64,000 nucleotides of DNA from Verrucomicrobia bacterium UBA6015 (GCA_002428045.1 DIZZ01000281.1:1634-65633), one strand, 5' to 3'; positions 16,842-27,432 are shown, counted from the stretch's first letter. The notes: a model not told the origin generated them from the letters alone. A program made the numbers and translations.

Positions 16842-19304
16842 ATGAGAAATAGCAAATGTATTGATTTTGGCTGGCGCTTTGCGTTGGGGGATTTTCCATC
16901 GGCCATCGCGGCGACGTTTGATGACTCGGCGTGGCGTGTATTGGATCTGCCGCACGATTGGTCGATTGAGGCGACTCCCCATCCGGATCATCCGTCCGGT
17001 GCCACGTGTGGTTTTTTCCCCGGTGGCTTGGGCTGGTATCGTAAGCGGATCGATATCCCCGCCGACCTAGGGAGCCGTCATGTGTTGATCGAATTCGACG
17101 GCGTTTACATGAACAGCGAGGTCTGGTGCAACGGGCAGTTCTGTGGCGTGCGCCCCTACGGCTACAGCAGCTTTTGCTATGACCTGACACCGTTCGTCAA
17201 GGCGGGTGAACCGGCCTCGATTGCTGTGCGGGTCGATAATTCGCGTCAGAAGAATTCGCGATGGTACAGTGGGTCCGGCATCTATCGGCATGTCTGGTTG
17301 ACCGTGGCCGAGGCGTTGCGGGTCGACCACTGGGGCACGTTCGTCACCACCCCCGAGGTCAACGAGGACAAGGCCACGGTGGATTGTGCCGTGACGCTTT
17401 TGAACCAAGGGACAGACGCGGATGATGTACAGGTGCTTGCGTCCATTCAGGACGAGACAGGGACGCTGGTGGGCGAATCGGCGCAGATGGGACTGTGCTG
17501 CCCGAAGGGGCGGCATGAACTCCGCATCAGGTTGGGGGTTCCAGCCCCACGCTGCTGGTCACCGGATTCGCCGGTGCTCTATACCTTGCGGGTGGACGTC
17601 CGCAAGCAGGGTGTGCCCGTGGATGCCTATGATACCCGATTTGGCATCCGCACGATCCGTTTTGATGCCGATCAGGGGTTTTTCCTTAATGGTCAGGTGC
17701 TGAAATTGCGGGGGGTCAATGAGCACCACGACGCGGGTTGCCTGGGGGCTGCGATTCCTGATGACGCCCTGCGCCGCCGGTTGCGCATTCTCAAGGAGAT
17801 GGGCTGTAACGCCATCCGGATCGCTCACAATCCGGCATCTCCCACGTTGCTTGACCTGTGCGACTCGTACGGGTTCATGGTGGTCGAGGATGCGTTTGAT
17901 GAATGGCGTGACGGCAAGACGCCGTTCGGCTACCAGCTTTACTGGGACCAGTGGTGGGAGCGGGATCTGGCAGACATGATCCGCCGCGACCGTAATCACC
18001 CCTGCATTGTAATGTGGTCAGTCGGTAATGAAATCAAGGAAGTGCGCCAAGGCAGGGCCGAGGGGCTTCCGATCATGAAGGCTTTGCGCGAGGTCTGCCA
18101 TCGCGAGGATCCGACCCGCCCCATGACCTGTGGCTGCTGCAACTCGCGCGAGACGCTGGAGGCAGGCTATGGCGAGCTGATGGATGTGTTTGGCTATAAC
18201 GGGGGAGGGGGTGGCTGCTTCGACTATGAGAAGGATCATGCCGCGTTTCCCGGCATGCCGATGTTTGCGTCGGAGCATCCCCACACGCTCCAGACCCGAG
18301 GTGTGTATCGGACGAAGACCTGGTACCGCGATCTTCACCGCAACCAGGGTAATGTTCGCTGGTATCCATCGCCTCGCGGAGAGGCTCCCTCGCACGATCT
18401 TACGCCGGATGCGCAGAAGGATCGTCCGCTGCTCGATCTCATGCATATTCCCGATCTTACGACGGATGAGGTTTTCGACGGTATCGATCCGCATTACCAG
18501 TCCTCTTATGGCAATGCCATTGTGCGCATGTCGATATTTGATTCCTGGTACCGCACGCGTACCCTGCCGTATTTCTGCGGGGAGTTCCGGTGGACAGGTT
18601 TTGATTACCTTGGCGAATGCTATGCGTGGCCCGCGAAAAGCTGGAATTTCGGGATCATCGATCTCTGCGGTTTCCCGAAGGATGCCTACTATTTCTGCAA
18701 GAGCCAGTGGACAACGGTGCCCATGGTGCATATCCTGCCGCACTGGACCTGGCCGGGGCTCGATGGCGTGACGATTCCTGTGCTTTGCTACAGCAACTGT
18801 GAGCGGGTGGAACTGTTTCTTGACGGGGTGTCGCTGGGGGTGCAGGTGCGGGATGACCGGTTGATGCAGAGTCGCTGGCATGTCGCCTACCGTCCCGGTG
18901 TGCTTCGTGCCGTAGGCTACGTTGGGGATGCCGCCGTGGCGGTTGATGAGCATCAAACGGCAGGGAGCCCGGCCGCCATCCGTGCCGTTAGCGACGAGAC
19001 GGTGATCCGAGCCGACTGCACCGGCATTGCCCATGTAGCAATCACGGTCGTGGATGCGCAGGGGCGTTTCGTGCCCTTTGCCAGTCACGACATTACCGTG
19101 ACGGTCGAGGGGCCTGCCCGCCTGGTCGGTGTTGAAAATGGCGATCCGCTTGACAGTACCAACTACCGGTTGGCCCATCGCAAGGCCTTCAACGGGATGC
19201 TGTTGGCGATACTCCAGTCCACCGATACCGCCGGGGCGATAACGGTCTCGGCAACGTCCGACGGACTGACCACCGGCGTTTGCCGAACGATCCAGAGTCG
19301 CTAA
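16842..19304 (+). CDS. Glycoside hydrolase family 2 (beta-galactosidase/beta-glucuronidase-like)
   Basis: N-terminal sugar-binding domain (FGWRF...DDSAWRVLDLPHDWSIE), a NEHHD TIM-barrel region and WSVGNE (catalytic acid/base motif). First ATG used; no obvious SD. Confidence 0.8.
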   Translation: MRNSKCIDFGWRFALGDFPSAIAATFDDSAWRVLDLPHDWSIEATPHPDHPSGATCGFFPGGLGWYRKRIDIPADLGSRHVLIEFDGVYMNSEVWCNGQFCGVRPYGYSSFCYDLTPFVKAGEPASIAVRVDNSRQKNSRWYSGSGIYRHVWLTVAEALRVDHWGTFVTTPEVNEDKATVDCAVTLLNQGTDADDVQVLASIQDETGTLVGESAQMGLCCPKGRHELRIRLGVPAPRCWSPDSPVLYTLRVDVRKQGVPVDAYDTRFGIRTIRFDADQGFFLNGQVLKLRGVNEHHDAGCLGAAIPDDALRRRLRILKEMGCNAIRIAHNPASPTLLDLCDSYGFMVVEDAFDEWRDGKTPFGYQLYWDQWWERDLADMIRRDRNHPCIVMWSVGNEIKEVRQGRAEGLPIMKALREVCHREDPTRPMTCGCCNSRETLEAGYGELMDVFGYNGGGGGCFDYEKDHAAFPGMPMFASEHPHTLQTRGVYRTKTWYRDLHRNQGNVRWYPSPRGEAPSHDLTPDAQKDRPLLDLMHIPDLTTDEVFDGIDPHYQSSYGNAIVRMSIFDSWYRTRTLPYFCGEFRWTGFDYLGECYAWPAKSWNFGIIDLCGFPKDAYYFCKSQWTTVPMVHILPHWTWPGLDGVTIPVLCYSNCERVELFLDGVSLGVQVRDDRLMQSRWHVAYRPGVLRAVGYVGDAAVAVDEHQTAGSPAAIRAVSDETVIRADCTGIAHVAITVVDAQGRFVPFASHDITVTVEGPARLVGVENGDPLDSTNYRLAHRKAFNGMLLAILQSTDTAGAITVSATSDGLTTGVCRTIQSR

Positions 19305-19332
19305 GATAAACATTATAGGCAAGGAGCGCGAA

Positions 19333-20895
19333 ATGCCGGATTCCAGACCCAACATCCTGTTCATCATGTCGGACGATCATGCCGCCCAGGCGATCTCCGC
19401 CTATGGTTGCGGGATTAACCAGACGCCCAACATTGACCGGATTGCAGCCAAGGGTGCGATCTTGAACCATTGCTATGTGAACAACAGCATCTGTACCCCC
19501 AGCCGGGCGGCGATCTTGACGGGCACGCATAGTCATGTGAACGGCGTCATTACCTTGGATACCCCCTTCAACAACCACCTCTCGCATGTTGCAAAGCACT
19601 TGCAGGCGGCGGGATACCAGACCTCAATGATCGGCAAATGGCATCTGGGCGAAGGGCCGGAGCACTCCCCGACGGGCTTCGATCACTGGTCGGTCCTGCC
19701 GGATCAGGGGGACTATTTCGATCCGTATATGATTGAGAACGGACGGCACATCCAGGAGATGGGCTATGCCACAGAAATCATCACGGAGAAATGCGTCGAT
19801 CAGATCCGCCAGCGCGACAAGGACCGTCCGTTCTTCATGATGTGCCACCACAAGGCCCCGCACCGCCCCTGGCTGTATCACCCGAAATACGAGCACCTCT
19901 ACAACGAGGAAATCCCGTATCCACCCTCCTTCAAGGACGATTATGCCAACCGGGCCAAGGCGGCCGTCCATGCCCGCATGCGGGTTGAATCGGACATGAC
20001 CTATCTGGATCTTGACCTGGTGCAGCCCTATATTCCGGCCGAGGGGCAGGAGTATTCCGACATTGGCTGCAAGACGGGCCTGATGATGGTTCCGTTTCCG
20101 AAAACACCGGAAGCCTACCGCGACTTCAAGCTGATCTGCCGCCGCACGGGGCAGGTGTTCACCTTTGCCAACAGCGAGGAATTGAAGCGTTTCAAGTACC
20201 AGCGCTACATGCAGAAATACTTGCGCACCGTGGCCTCGATCGACGAGAGTGTGGGTCATCTGCTGGACCTGCTGGAGACCGAGGGGATTGCCGATAACAC
20301 GATCGTGATCTATACCTCAGACCAGGGCTTCTTCCTGGGTGAGCATGGGTGGTACGACAAGCGCTTCATCTACGAGGAGTCTTTTCGCATGCCGTTCCTA
20401 GTCCAGTATCCGCAACGCATCAGGAAAGGCATCACGGTCAATGCCATGGCCAGCAATGTTGACTTCGCCCCCACCTGGCTTGACTATGCCGGGGTGCCGG
20501 TGCCGTCTTACATGCAGGGCTATAGCTTGCGGTGCGTTCTGGAGGGAGACGAGCCCGCAAGCTGGCAGAAGACAGCCTACCACCGCTACTGGATGAACCA
20601 GGACTGCAACCACAATGCCTACGCGCATTACGGGATCAGGGATCATCGCTACAAGCTGATCTACTGGTACAATGAGCCGATGAACCTGCCGGGGGCAACG
20701 GCAGCTACGTTTGCCGAGAAGGACTGGGAGCTATTCGACCTGCAGGAGGATCCGCTTGAGCTGAACAACTGCTTCCATGATCAGGACAAGAAGGATGTGG
20801 TCATCCACATGCTCCGGCTGCTCGATGAAAAGCAGACGCAGATCGGCGATGTTCCGGCGCATGACTCCAGGACGGTGCTGGCCATGCTTGGCTGA
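19333..20895 (+). CDS. Cys-type sulfatase (arylsulfatase family)
   Basis: ILFIMSDDHA and the formylglycine signature CTPSRAAILTG. RBS AAGGAG. Confidence 0.85.
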   Translation: MPDSRPNILFIMSDDHAAQAISAYGCGINQTPNIDRIAAKGAILNHCYVNNSICTPSRAAILTGTHSHVNGVITLDTPFNNHLSHVAKHLQAAGYQTSMIGKWHLGEGPEHSPTGFDHWSVLPDQGDYFDPYMIENGRHIQEMGYATEIITEKCVDQIRQRDKDRPFFMMCHHKAPHRPWLYHPKYEHLYNEEIPYPPSFKDDYANRAKAAVHARMRVESDMTYLDLDLVQPYIPAEGQEYSDIGCKTGLMMVPFPKTPEAYRDFKLICRRTGQVFTFANSEELKRFKYQRYMQKYLRTVASIDESVGHLLDLLETEGIADNTIVIYTSDQGFFLGEHGWYDKRFIYEESFRMPFLVQYPQRIRKGITVNAMASNVDFAPTWLDYAGVPVPSYMQGYSLRCVLEGDEPASWQKTAYHRYWMNQDCNHNAYAHYGIRDHRYKLIYWYNEPMNLPGATAATFAEKDWELFDLQEDPLELNNCFHDQDKKDVVIHMLRLLDEKQTQIGDVPAHDSRTVLAMLG

Positions 20896-21044
20896 CGTCG
20901 CCTTTGTCTTTTGCTAGAGCCCTAGTCTGCAAGGTGATAAAAAATTCAAAGAATTGTTGAAGACATCGCCAACGAGAAGCGTATATAGGGTAAGCGTGCC
21001 GATTTTGGCCGTGTTTGTTTCGTTCGCATGAAGGGGAGATCACC

Positions 21045-24000
21045 ATGAAAAAGTCGATTGTGTGTGCGTTGATGCTGCCGTTGTTGTCGTTGCAGGCGGC
21101 CGATGGGAATGACCTGGAGTTCATGGAGGCGTTTGCCTGGGGGGATCGCGCCGCCGCCCTCGCCCAGCTGGTGCCCGATACCGAGGACTATTTTTTCTAC
21201 CATTGCCTGAGCTATCAGCTTGCCGGCAATCGCGACGCCTTCCAGAAGACGTTGGATAAGTGGGTCTCGCGCAACCGCAATCAATGGAACGAGCGGATGA
21301 GCGAGATGCGGCGGCGCCAGATGCTACTTGATATGGATCGCTCGCCCGAGGCGGTCTGGGCGTTTCTCAAGCAGGATGCCGGGCTGTCCTTTTCGCACCG
21401 CGCCCGCCATGAGCAGACCAGCCAGCGCCAGCCTTCGGTCATCAAGCCGGAGCAATACAGCCTGGCCGCCTTCTGGCGGCAGCACGCGAATTCCGAACTC
21501 GATAAACTCACCGATCGCGGGCTTGAACTACTGCCCGATCCGAATGGCAATCCGGATGTTCGCCGGGCTTTCCTGCGCCGTTTGCAGCGTCCGGATTATC
21601 CCGGACTGGTCACGCTGATCCTGGCGGATCTGGACTATAAGGAACAAAACGGCAATATCACGATCTTTGGGCAGATTCCGATCCACAACCAGCTTACGAC
21701 GGATCAGTTGGTAGACCTCGCAACGCAGCGCCCGGCCCTGCTGCGTGAGGCCGACTATGTGAATGCACGGCTGGCGAGGATGCCGCTGCCGGATGCCGAC
21801 CTAGCGAATGATTCCGCCGCTGCCGTGACGTATCTGGAGGGGCTGTGGCGTTTCGTCGGCCCGCTTGAGCCGATGCATAATTCGCTGAAGGCGAATGTGT
21901 TGTATAACATGCTCGCGCATCAGCGTAAACTGGGTGTCTACGATTCCAGCCGATTCCTTGCCTATCTGGAGTTGCCGCGCCATTCCGGTTATATGCAGCG
22001 CGACCGGATGTCGCGCCTGCAACGGGAGCGGGCGATCTGGGTGGATGTGAATTACACCCCCTTCGTGCAAATCAGCCTGCCGCCGATCGGGGACGACGAA
22101 CCACTGGTGCGCGAGTTCCTGATTGAACTGTTGAAGGATGCCGAGGATGCGTCGCGCTTCCAGGACCTCTTCGAGGCCCGCTGGCTGGATGCGGTGTTTG
22201 CCGAGAGCAAGATCCTGCATGGTGTCGGTACCCCGGCGCAATGGTCCTCGCGGCTGGGGCCGGATGCCTACCGATCCCTGTTGGAGCGCATCGAACTGGA
22301 TTTCGCCCCGCAGAATCCCGCCTATTTCAAGCCGGGACAGCCCGTGGAGCTGGCCGTGGACGTGAAGCGGGTGGACAAGCTGCTGGTCAAGGTCTTCGAG
22401 ATCCAGACCTTCAACTACTACACCACCCGGCAGACGGCGATCGACCAGGCCGTGGAGCTGGATGGCATGATCGCCTCGTCTGAGCGCACGGTCGATACGG
22501 TGGCCGAGCCGTCGCGCCGCATGCGGCACCGGATCGCGCTACCGGAAATCAAGACTCGCGGTGTCTATGTCGTCGAGCTGATCGGCAATGGCGTCAGTTC
22601 GCGCGCCCTGCTGTATGTCGGTCACCTTGAGGCCATCAGCCAGGAGACCCCGGCGGGTCTGGCTGTCATGGTCTTGAACGAGGCGGGAGAAACGGTCAAG
22701 GATGCCGCCGTCTGGGTCGATGGGCGCGAGTACAACGCCGGTGACAAGGGCTTGGTGCTGCTGCCGTTCACGGATACCCCGGGTAGCCGCTTCGCCGTGC
22801 TGCGCAGCGGCGATTTCTGCAGTGCGCAGCAGCTCTATTTGCCGGAAGAGGTGTATGCTTTTTCCGCCGGTATCCATCTGGATCCCCAGAACCTGCCGCG
22901 CCAGCATCGGGGTCTGCTGATCCTGCGTCCCGATTTCCGCATCCATGGCATACCGCTTGACCCCGCGCTGCTGGGGGAGGTCAAGGTGACGCTGACCGCT
23001 GTCGATGCCAAGGGCGTCAGCACGGCCCGCGAGTTCAAGGCCACCTTCGCCCGCAACACTGAATGGACGGAATCCTTTTATGTGCCCGATGCCCTGCGCA
23101 GTCTTTCGGTCGCTGTCGAGGCAAAGCTGAAACGCAAGCGGGATCTTGAGGAAATCACCCTGAACGATCAACGGCGCGTGGACCTGAATCCGGCGCGTGG
23201 CGGGGATACACTCAGCCAGGTGTTCCTGGTGCCAGCCGCCGATGGCTGGCGTCTTGAGGTGCGCGGACTGAGCGGCGAGCCGATGGAGGCGGTTCCGTTG
23301 TCCTTGGAGTTGAATCATCCCGGATTCAATCGTTCCGTATCGATCCAGGCCAGCACCGACGCCGACGGCGTGGTTGTCCTGGGGCCGCTGACGGCACTGT
23401 CGCGGATTACCGTCGCAGGGCCGGGGAACTTGCGGCTGGATCGCGTTCTAACAGGGGCGGAAGTGGTATGGCCTGAGTTGCTGCACCTCAAGGCAGGCGA
23501 GATCGTTTCGCTGCCGTACCCGCAAGACCGTCATGTGGATCTTCGTCAGGTTTCGCTATTCAGACAGCGTGGCGAAACGATTTTAGCCGATTGCTCGGCG
23601 TTGGTCACGCTCAAGGATGGGGAGCTGCGGATCGAGGGCATGGAGCCGGGGCAATACCAGCTCGTGTCACATGAGAACGACCGTCGCATCCGGCTGGATG
23701 TTGCCGAGGCCGAGGCAGGCTCCGGGTATCTGCTCGGGAAAACCTCGCGCTGGCAGCAGACGGGTAATCGCCTGCCGTCGGTGGCGGAGGTATCAGAAAA
23801 GGAAGGCACCTTGCGCCTGCGCCTGCGCAACGTGACAACGGGCACCCGTGTCGCGGTACGGGTGGCGCGCTATGTCGATCCGGAATCGGCATTTCCAGAG
23901 GGCTATGGCTTCACCTCGCCGGTCAAGCGCGGCATGCTGCCTCCCTATGCCCAGTATGCCAATGGACGTCGTATCGGCGATGAATACCGCTATGTGCTGG

Positions 24001-27000
24001 AGCGGCGTTCGCTCGAGAAATTCGCAGGCACCCTGCTGGAGCGTCCCGGCCTGATCCTCAATCCATGGGAACTGCGCGAGACCACCACCGAGCAGGAACG
24101 GCTGAAGGGCGATCAGGACTATGCATCCGCACGGCAGGCCATGGCGGATGCCTCCGTCGAAACGGGACTGTCCGTGTATGGGGGGGCGGGTAGCGGAGTC
24201 GGGGGGCGGGGCCAGTCCGTTGACATCGGTTACGACTTCCTGCCGCAGGGCAGTCAATGGGTTCTGAACGCCGTCCCGGACAAGGATGGCGTGGTGACAA
24301 TCCCGCTCGGCGGCGCGCCGGAACATACGATGCTGGATATCGTGGTGCTCGACCGGTTCGGGCTTAGTCAGTTCCGGCATCTGCGTCCTTACCAGACGTT
24401 CACGCCCGTCGATCAACGCCTGCTTAGCGGACTGAAGCCGGATGCGGCCTTCAGTCGTCAAAAGCGCATCCGGTCACTGGCTGCCGGGGAGCAGGTGACT
24501 TTTTCCGATTCTGCGACGACCCGCTACCGAGCCATCACGACGCTGGGCCAGGCCTTCGATCTGCTGCAGGTGCTTAGCGGTAACGCCACCGTGCTGGAGT
24601 TCGCCTTCCTCAAGAACTGGCCCGGTCTGGATGAGGCCGCCAAACGCGAGAAGTACGGCAAGTATGCCTGCCACGAGGTCAACATTTTCCTGTCCCAACA
24701 CGATCCGGACTTCTTCAAACGGGTGATCAAACCCGCCCTGGCCTGCAAGAAGGATAAGACCTTTGTAGACCGCTGGCTGCTGGAGACCCTGACCACCGAG
24801 GATCTTCGGCTGGACCGTTTGCAGCAGCGCAATGCGCTGGAGCTGGCCCTGCTGGCGAAGCGTGGCGGCGATGCCCGCCAGATGCAGGCGGCCCTGCGCG
24901 AGGCGTGGGAGCTGCTGCCCCCCAATCCCGATGCATTTGCCCGGCTTGTACGTACCGCCTTGCAATCGGGCGATCTGGACAAGCCGGTTGACGGTTTTGG
25001 ATCTGCGGAAGACGAAATGATCGTTGAGGAAGCCAAGGACAAGTCGCTGGAGATGAAGAAGTTGGCACTGAGACCGAGTTCGCGTAGGCTGAATGGAGCG
25101 GGTGGATTGACTGAAGCGAGCAAATCAGACGCTGTGCCCATGGAGGAGAGGGACGCGATGATGGCCCCGTCCGCTGCGCCCGCCTCCGAGGCGGCCCTCA
25201 GTTTCGCAATGGCCGAGGCGACAATGGACGTCTCAGAGTCTGAGGGCGCGGATGGCGTGGTCCTGTTTGAAATGACTGCGGATACGTTTGCTGGTGAGGC
25301 GGTCCGCCTGTACCGGGCGTTGCCGCCGACCAAGGAATGGGCCGAGCAGAACTACTACCGTGTGCGGGCCGCAGAGGATCTGCCCGCGCGGCTTTCCGCG
25401 AATGCGTTCTGGCTGGATGTAGCCAGCGGCAAGGCACTGTCCGCGAACCTGCTGGAGGCGCATCGCCATCTGACCGATGTCATCACGGCGCTGGCGTTCT
25501 GTGGCCTGCCGTTCGAGGCGCAGCCCGTGGCCGAGACGACCGGCACGAACGGCCTGACCCTCGCGGCTGCCTCTCCCGTGCTGCTGGTGACGGAGCAGGT
25601 CCTGCCCGCGCCGGTGGCGGCGGATGACCGTCCGCTGCTGATCGCGCAGCAGTTCTTCCGGCCCGATGACCGCTATCGTTTTGAGGGCAACGAGCAGATC
25701 GAGAAATTCATCAGCGGCGAATTCGTGCGGCGCGTGGTGTATGGCGGACGCGTCACACTGACCAATCCCACGGCCTCGCGCCGCGTGCTCAACGTCCTGC
25801 GGCAACTGCCGCTGGGGGCGATCCCGCTACGCAACGGCGTGATGACCGATGATGGCGTGGTGCGGCTGGAACCCTACACCACCGAGAAGATCGAGTATTT
25901 CTTCGTCTTCCCGTTCGCGGGTCAATTCAGCCAGTTCCCGGCCCAGGCGGCCGCTGGCGAAAGTGTGGTCGGCCGGGCCGAGGCACAGGTGTTCAACGTG
26001 GTGAACGAGCCGACCGAGGTGGACAAGACTTCCTGGGCCTGGATCTCTCAATATGCACCGGCCGACGATGTGCTGGCGTTCCTCGGCAAGGAAAACCTGC
26101 GGCGGCTCGATCTCGGTGAGATCGCCTGGCGGCTCAAGGACCGCGGTTTCTTCACAAAGGCCTGCGATCTGCTCGCGTCGCGTGGGCTGTTCCATGACAC
26201 GACCTTCTCGTACAGCGTCCACCACAAGGATGCAGACCGCGCCCGCCTCTGGCTGGCCCGCAGCAGCCTGGCTGGCAGGGTAGGCCTGGTGCTGGAGTCG
26301 CCGTTGCTGAAGGTCGATCCGGTCGAGGCGAAGGTTTATGAGCATCTGGAGTACGATCCGCTGGTCAATCCGCGGGTACACCCCGTCGGCGAAAAGCTCA
26401 AGATCCTCAACACGGCGCTGGATGCCCAGTACCGAGCCTTCCTGAGGACGGCGGCCTACCGGGCGGAATTGCCAGCCAGCCAACGGCTGGCACTGGTGTA
26501 TTACCTGCTGTTGCAGGACCGGCTGGCCGATGGGTTTGCGGAACTGGCGAAGATCAACGACAAGGATCTGCACGAGACGGTGCAGGTGGATTACCTTCGC
26601 GCCTGGGTGGCGCTGCGCCAGCTTGATGTCAAGCGCGCCGCAAAGCTGGCTGAAGCGTACAAGGATTATCCGCTGCCTCGCTGGCAGTCGCGTTTCCGCG
26701 CCCTGACCCAGGCGATTGCCGAAGCGCAGGGGGCGGAGGTCGCCGGGCTGGATGAACCCAACCGCCAGCAGGATCTCGACCAGCAGGCGGAGCAATCGCC
26801 CTCGCTGGACCTTGCGGTGGAAACCGGCAAGCTCTGGCTGACCGCTTATGCGGTGGGCGAGGTGACGCTGAATCTCTACCCGATGGACATCGAGCTCATG
26901 TTCAGCCGCAAACCGTTCCTTTCGGAAGGGGCGACCGATTTCGCGGTGATCCGTCCGGCCTTGTCACAGACGCTCAAGATCAAGGCCAACGGCGAGCCCG

Positions 27001-27371
27001 AGGAGCTGACGCTGCCGGCGGATTACGCCAAACGCAACCTGATGGTGGAAGTCGTGGGCAAGGGACGGCGTGCGGCGACGGCCTGGTACGCCAACCAGTT
27101 GCGGGTGCGCCTGATCCAGGATTACGGGCAGATCGAGGTCCGCTCCGCGGCGGATGGAAAGCCGCTGCCGACGACGTATATCAAGGTCTTTGCACGGGGA
27201 ACGAATGGACGCGAGCAGTTCTGGAAGGATGGCTACACCGATTTGCGCGGACGCTTCGACTACCTGTCCCGCAATGATCGCAAGCCCGAGGAGGCGGTGG
27301 AATTCTCCATCCTCGTCCTGCATCCGGAGCTAGGCGCCGAAATCCAAAACGCCACCCCGCCCGCCCGGTGA
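21045..27371 (+). CDS. Giant secreted protein (2108 aa), function unknown; possibly alpha-2-macroglobulin-like architecture
   Basis: RBS AAGGGGAG and a signal peptide MKKSIVCALMLPLLSLQA. A long beta-rich region with MG-like segments is followed by an alpha-helical module (~res 1650-1900) and a C-terminal beta domain. No CxEQ thioester motif found. Confidence 0.65.
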   Translation: MKKSIVCALMLPLLSLQAADGNDLEFMEAFAWGDRAAALAQLVPDTEDYFFYHCLSYQLAGNRDAFQKTLDKWVSRNRNQWNERMSEMRRRQMLLDMDRSPEAVWAFLKQDAGLSFSHRARHEQTSQRQPSVIKPEQYSLAAFWRQHANSELDKLTDRGLELLPDPNGNPDVRRAFLRRLQRPDYPGLVTLILADLDYKEQNGNITIFGQIPIHNQLTTDQLVDLATQRPALLREADYVNARLARMPLPDADLANDSAAAVTYLEGLWRFVGPLEPMHNSLKANVLYNMLAHQRKLGVYDSSRFLAYLELPRHSGYMQRDRMSRLQRERAIWVDVNYTPFVQISLPPIGDDEPLVREFLIELLKDAEDASRFQDLFEARWLDAVFAESKILHGVGTPAQWSSRLGPDAYRSLLERIELDFAPQNPAYFKPGQPVELAVDVKRVDKLLVKVFEIQTFNYYTTRQTAIDQAVELDGMIASSERTVDTVAEPSRRMRHRIALPEIKTRGVYVVELIGNGVSSRALLYVGHLEAISQETPAGLAVMVLNEAGETVKDAAVWVDGREYNAGDKGLVLLPFTDTPGSRFAVLRSGDFCSAQQLYLPEEVYAFSAGIHLDPQNLPRQHRGLLILRPDFRIHGIPLDPALLGEVKVTLTAVDAKGVSTAREFKATFARNTEWTESFYVPDALRSLSVAVEAKLKRKRDLEEITLNDQRRVDLNPARGGDTLSQVFLVPAADGWRLEVRGLSGEPMEAVPLSLELNHPGFNRSVSIQASTDADGVVVLGPLTALSRITVAGPGNLRLDRVLTGAEVVWPELLHLKAGEIVSLPYPQDRHVDLRQVSLFRQRGETILADCSALVTLKDGELRIEGMEPGQYQLVSHENDRRIRLDVAEAEAGSGYLLGKTSRWQQTGNRLPSVAEVSEKEGTLRLRLRNVTTGTRVAVRVARYVDPESAFPEGYGFTSPVKRGMLPPYAQYANGRRIGDEYRYVLERRSLEKFAGTLLERPGLILNPWELRETTTEQERLKGDQDYASARQAMADASVETGLSVYGGAGSGVGGRGQSVDIGYDFLPQGSQWVLNAVPDKDGVVTIPLGGAPEHTMLDIVVLDRFGLSQFRHLRPYQTFTPVDQRLLSGLKPDAAFSRQKRIRSLAAGEQVTFSDSATTRYRAITTLGQAFDLLQVLSGNATVLEFAFLKNWPGLDEAAKREKYGKYACHEVNIFLSQHDPDFFKRVIKPALACKKDKTFVDRWLLETLTTEDLRLDRLQQRNALELALLAKRGGDARQMQAALREAWELLPPNPDAFARLVRTALQSGDLDKPVDGFGSAEDEMIVEEAKDKSLEMKKLALRPSSRRLNGAGGLTEASKSDAVPMEERDAMMAPSAAPASEAALSFAMAEATMDVSESEGADGVVLFEMTADTFAGEAVRLYRALPPTKEWAEQNYYRVRAAEDLPARLSANAFWLDVASGKALSANLLEAHRHLTDVITALAFCGLPFEAQPVAETTGTNGLTLAAASPVLLVTEQVLPAPVAADDRPLLIAQQFFRPDDRYRFEGNEQIEKFISGEFVRRVVYGGRVTLTNPTASRRVLNVLRQLPLGAIPLRNGVMTDDGVVRLEPYTTEKIEYFFVFPFAGQFSQFPAQAAAGESVVGRAEAQVFNVVNEPTEVDKTSWAWISQYAPADDVLAFLGKENLRRLDLGEIAWRLKDRGFFTKACDLLASRGLFHDTTFSYSVHHKDADRARLWLARSSLAGRVGLVLESPLLKVDPVEAKVYEHLEYDPLVNPRVHPVGEKLKILNTALDAQYRAFLRTAAYRAELPASQRLALVYYLLLQDRLADGFAELAKINDKDLHETVQVDYLRAWVALRQLDVKRAAKLAEAYKDYPLPRWQSRFRALTQAIAEAQGAEVAGLDEPNRQQDLDQQAEQSPSLDLAVETGKLWLTAYAVGEVTLNLYPMDIELMFSRKPFLSEGATDFAVIRPALSQTLKIKANGEPEELTLPADYAKRNLMVEVVGKGRRAATAWYANQLRVRLIQDYGQIEVRSAADGKPLPTTYIKVFARGTNGREQFWKDGYTDLRGRFDYLSRNDRKPEEAVEFSILVLHPELGAEIQNATPPAR

Positions 27372-27396
27372 CCGGTGTTTGGAATCGTGATCCGTA

Positions 27397-27432
27397 ATCG
27401 TCAACCGGAACCTATGCCTGTCGGTTGACGAT
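27397..27432 (+). terminator. Perfect 11-bp inverted repeat hairpin (ATCGTCAACCG...CGGTTGACGAT) just after the giant gene stop
   Basis: Seen directly. There is no U-tract, so this is a possible Rho-dependent or stabilising 3' hairpin rather than a classical terminator. A second hairpin GGCCGGG-ttccac-CCCGGCC lies ~30 nt downstream. Confidence 0.3.

Noticed and set aside
11546-25805. Numerous long antisense/overlapping ORFs in the six-frame track (e.g. 11546..12154 -, 13381..14589 -, 18018..19367 -, 24524..25333 -, 25233..25805 -)
   Set aside because: They lie antisense to, or out of frame within, genes with strong motif support. They have Arg/Pro/Ser/Ala-rich low-complexity translations typical of stop-poor frames in >60% GC DNA.
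21045-27371. Canonical thioester-containing alpha-2-macroglobulin
   Set aside because: No CGEQ/CLEQ motif anywhere in the protein. Only an A2M-like domain order is suggested, and that is reported at low confidence.
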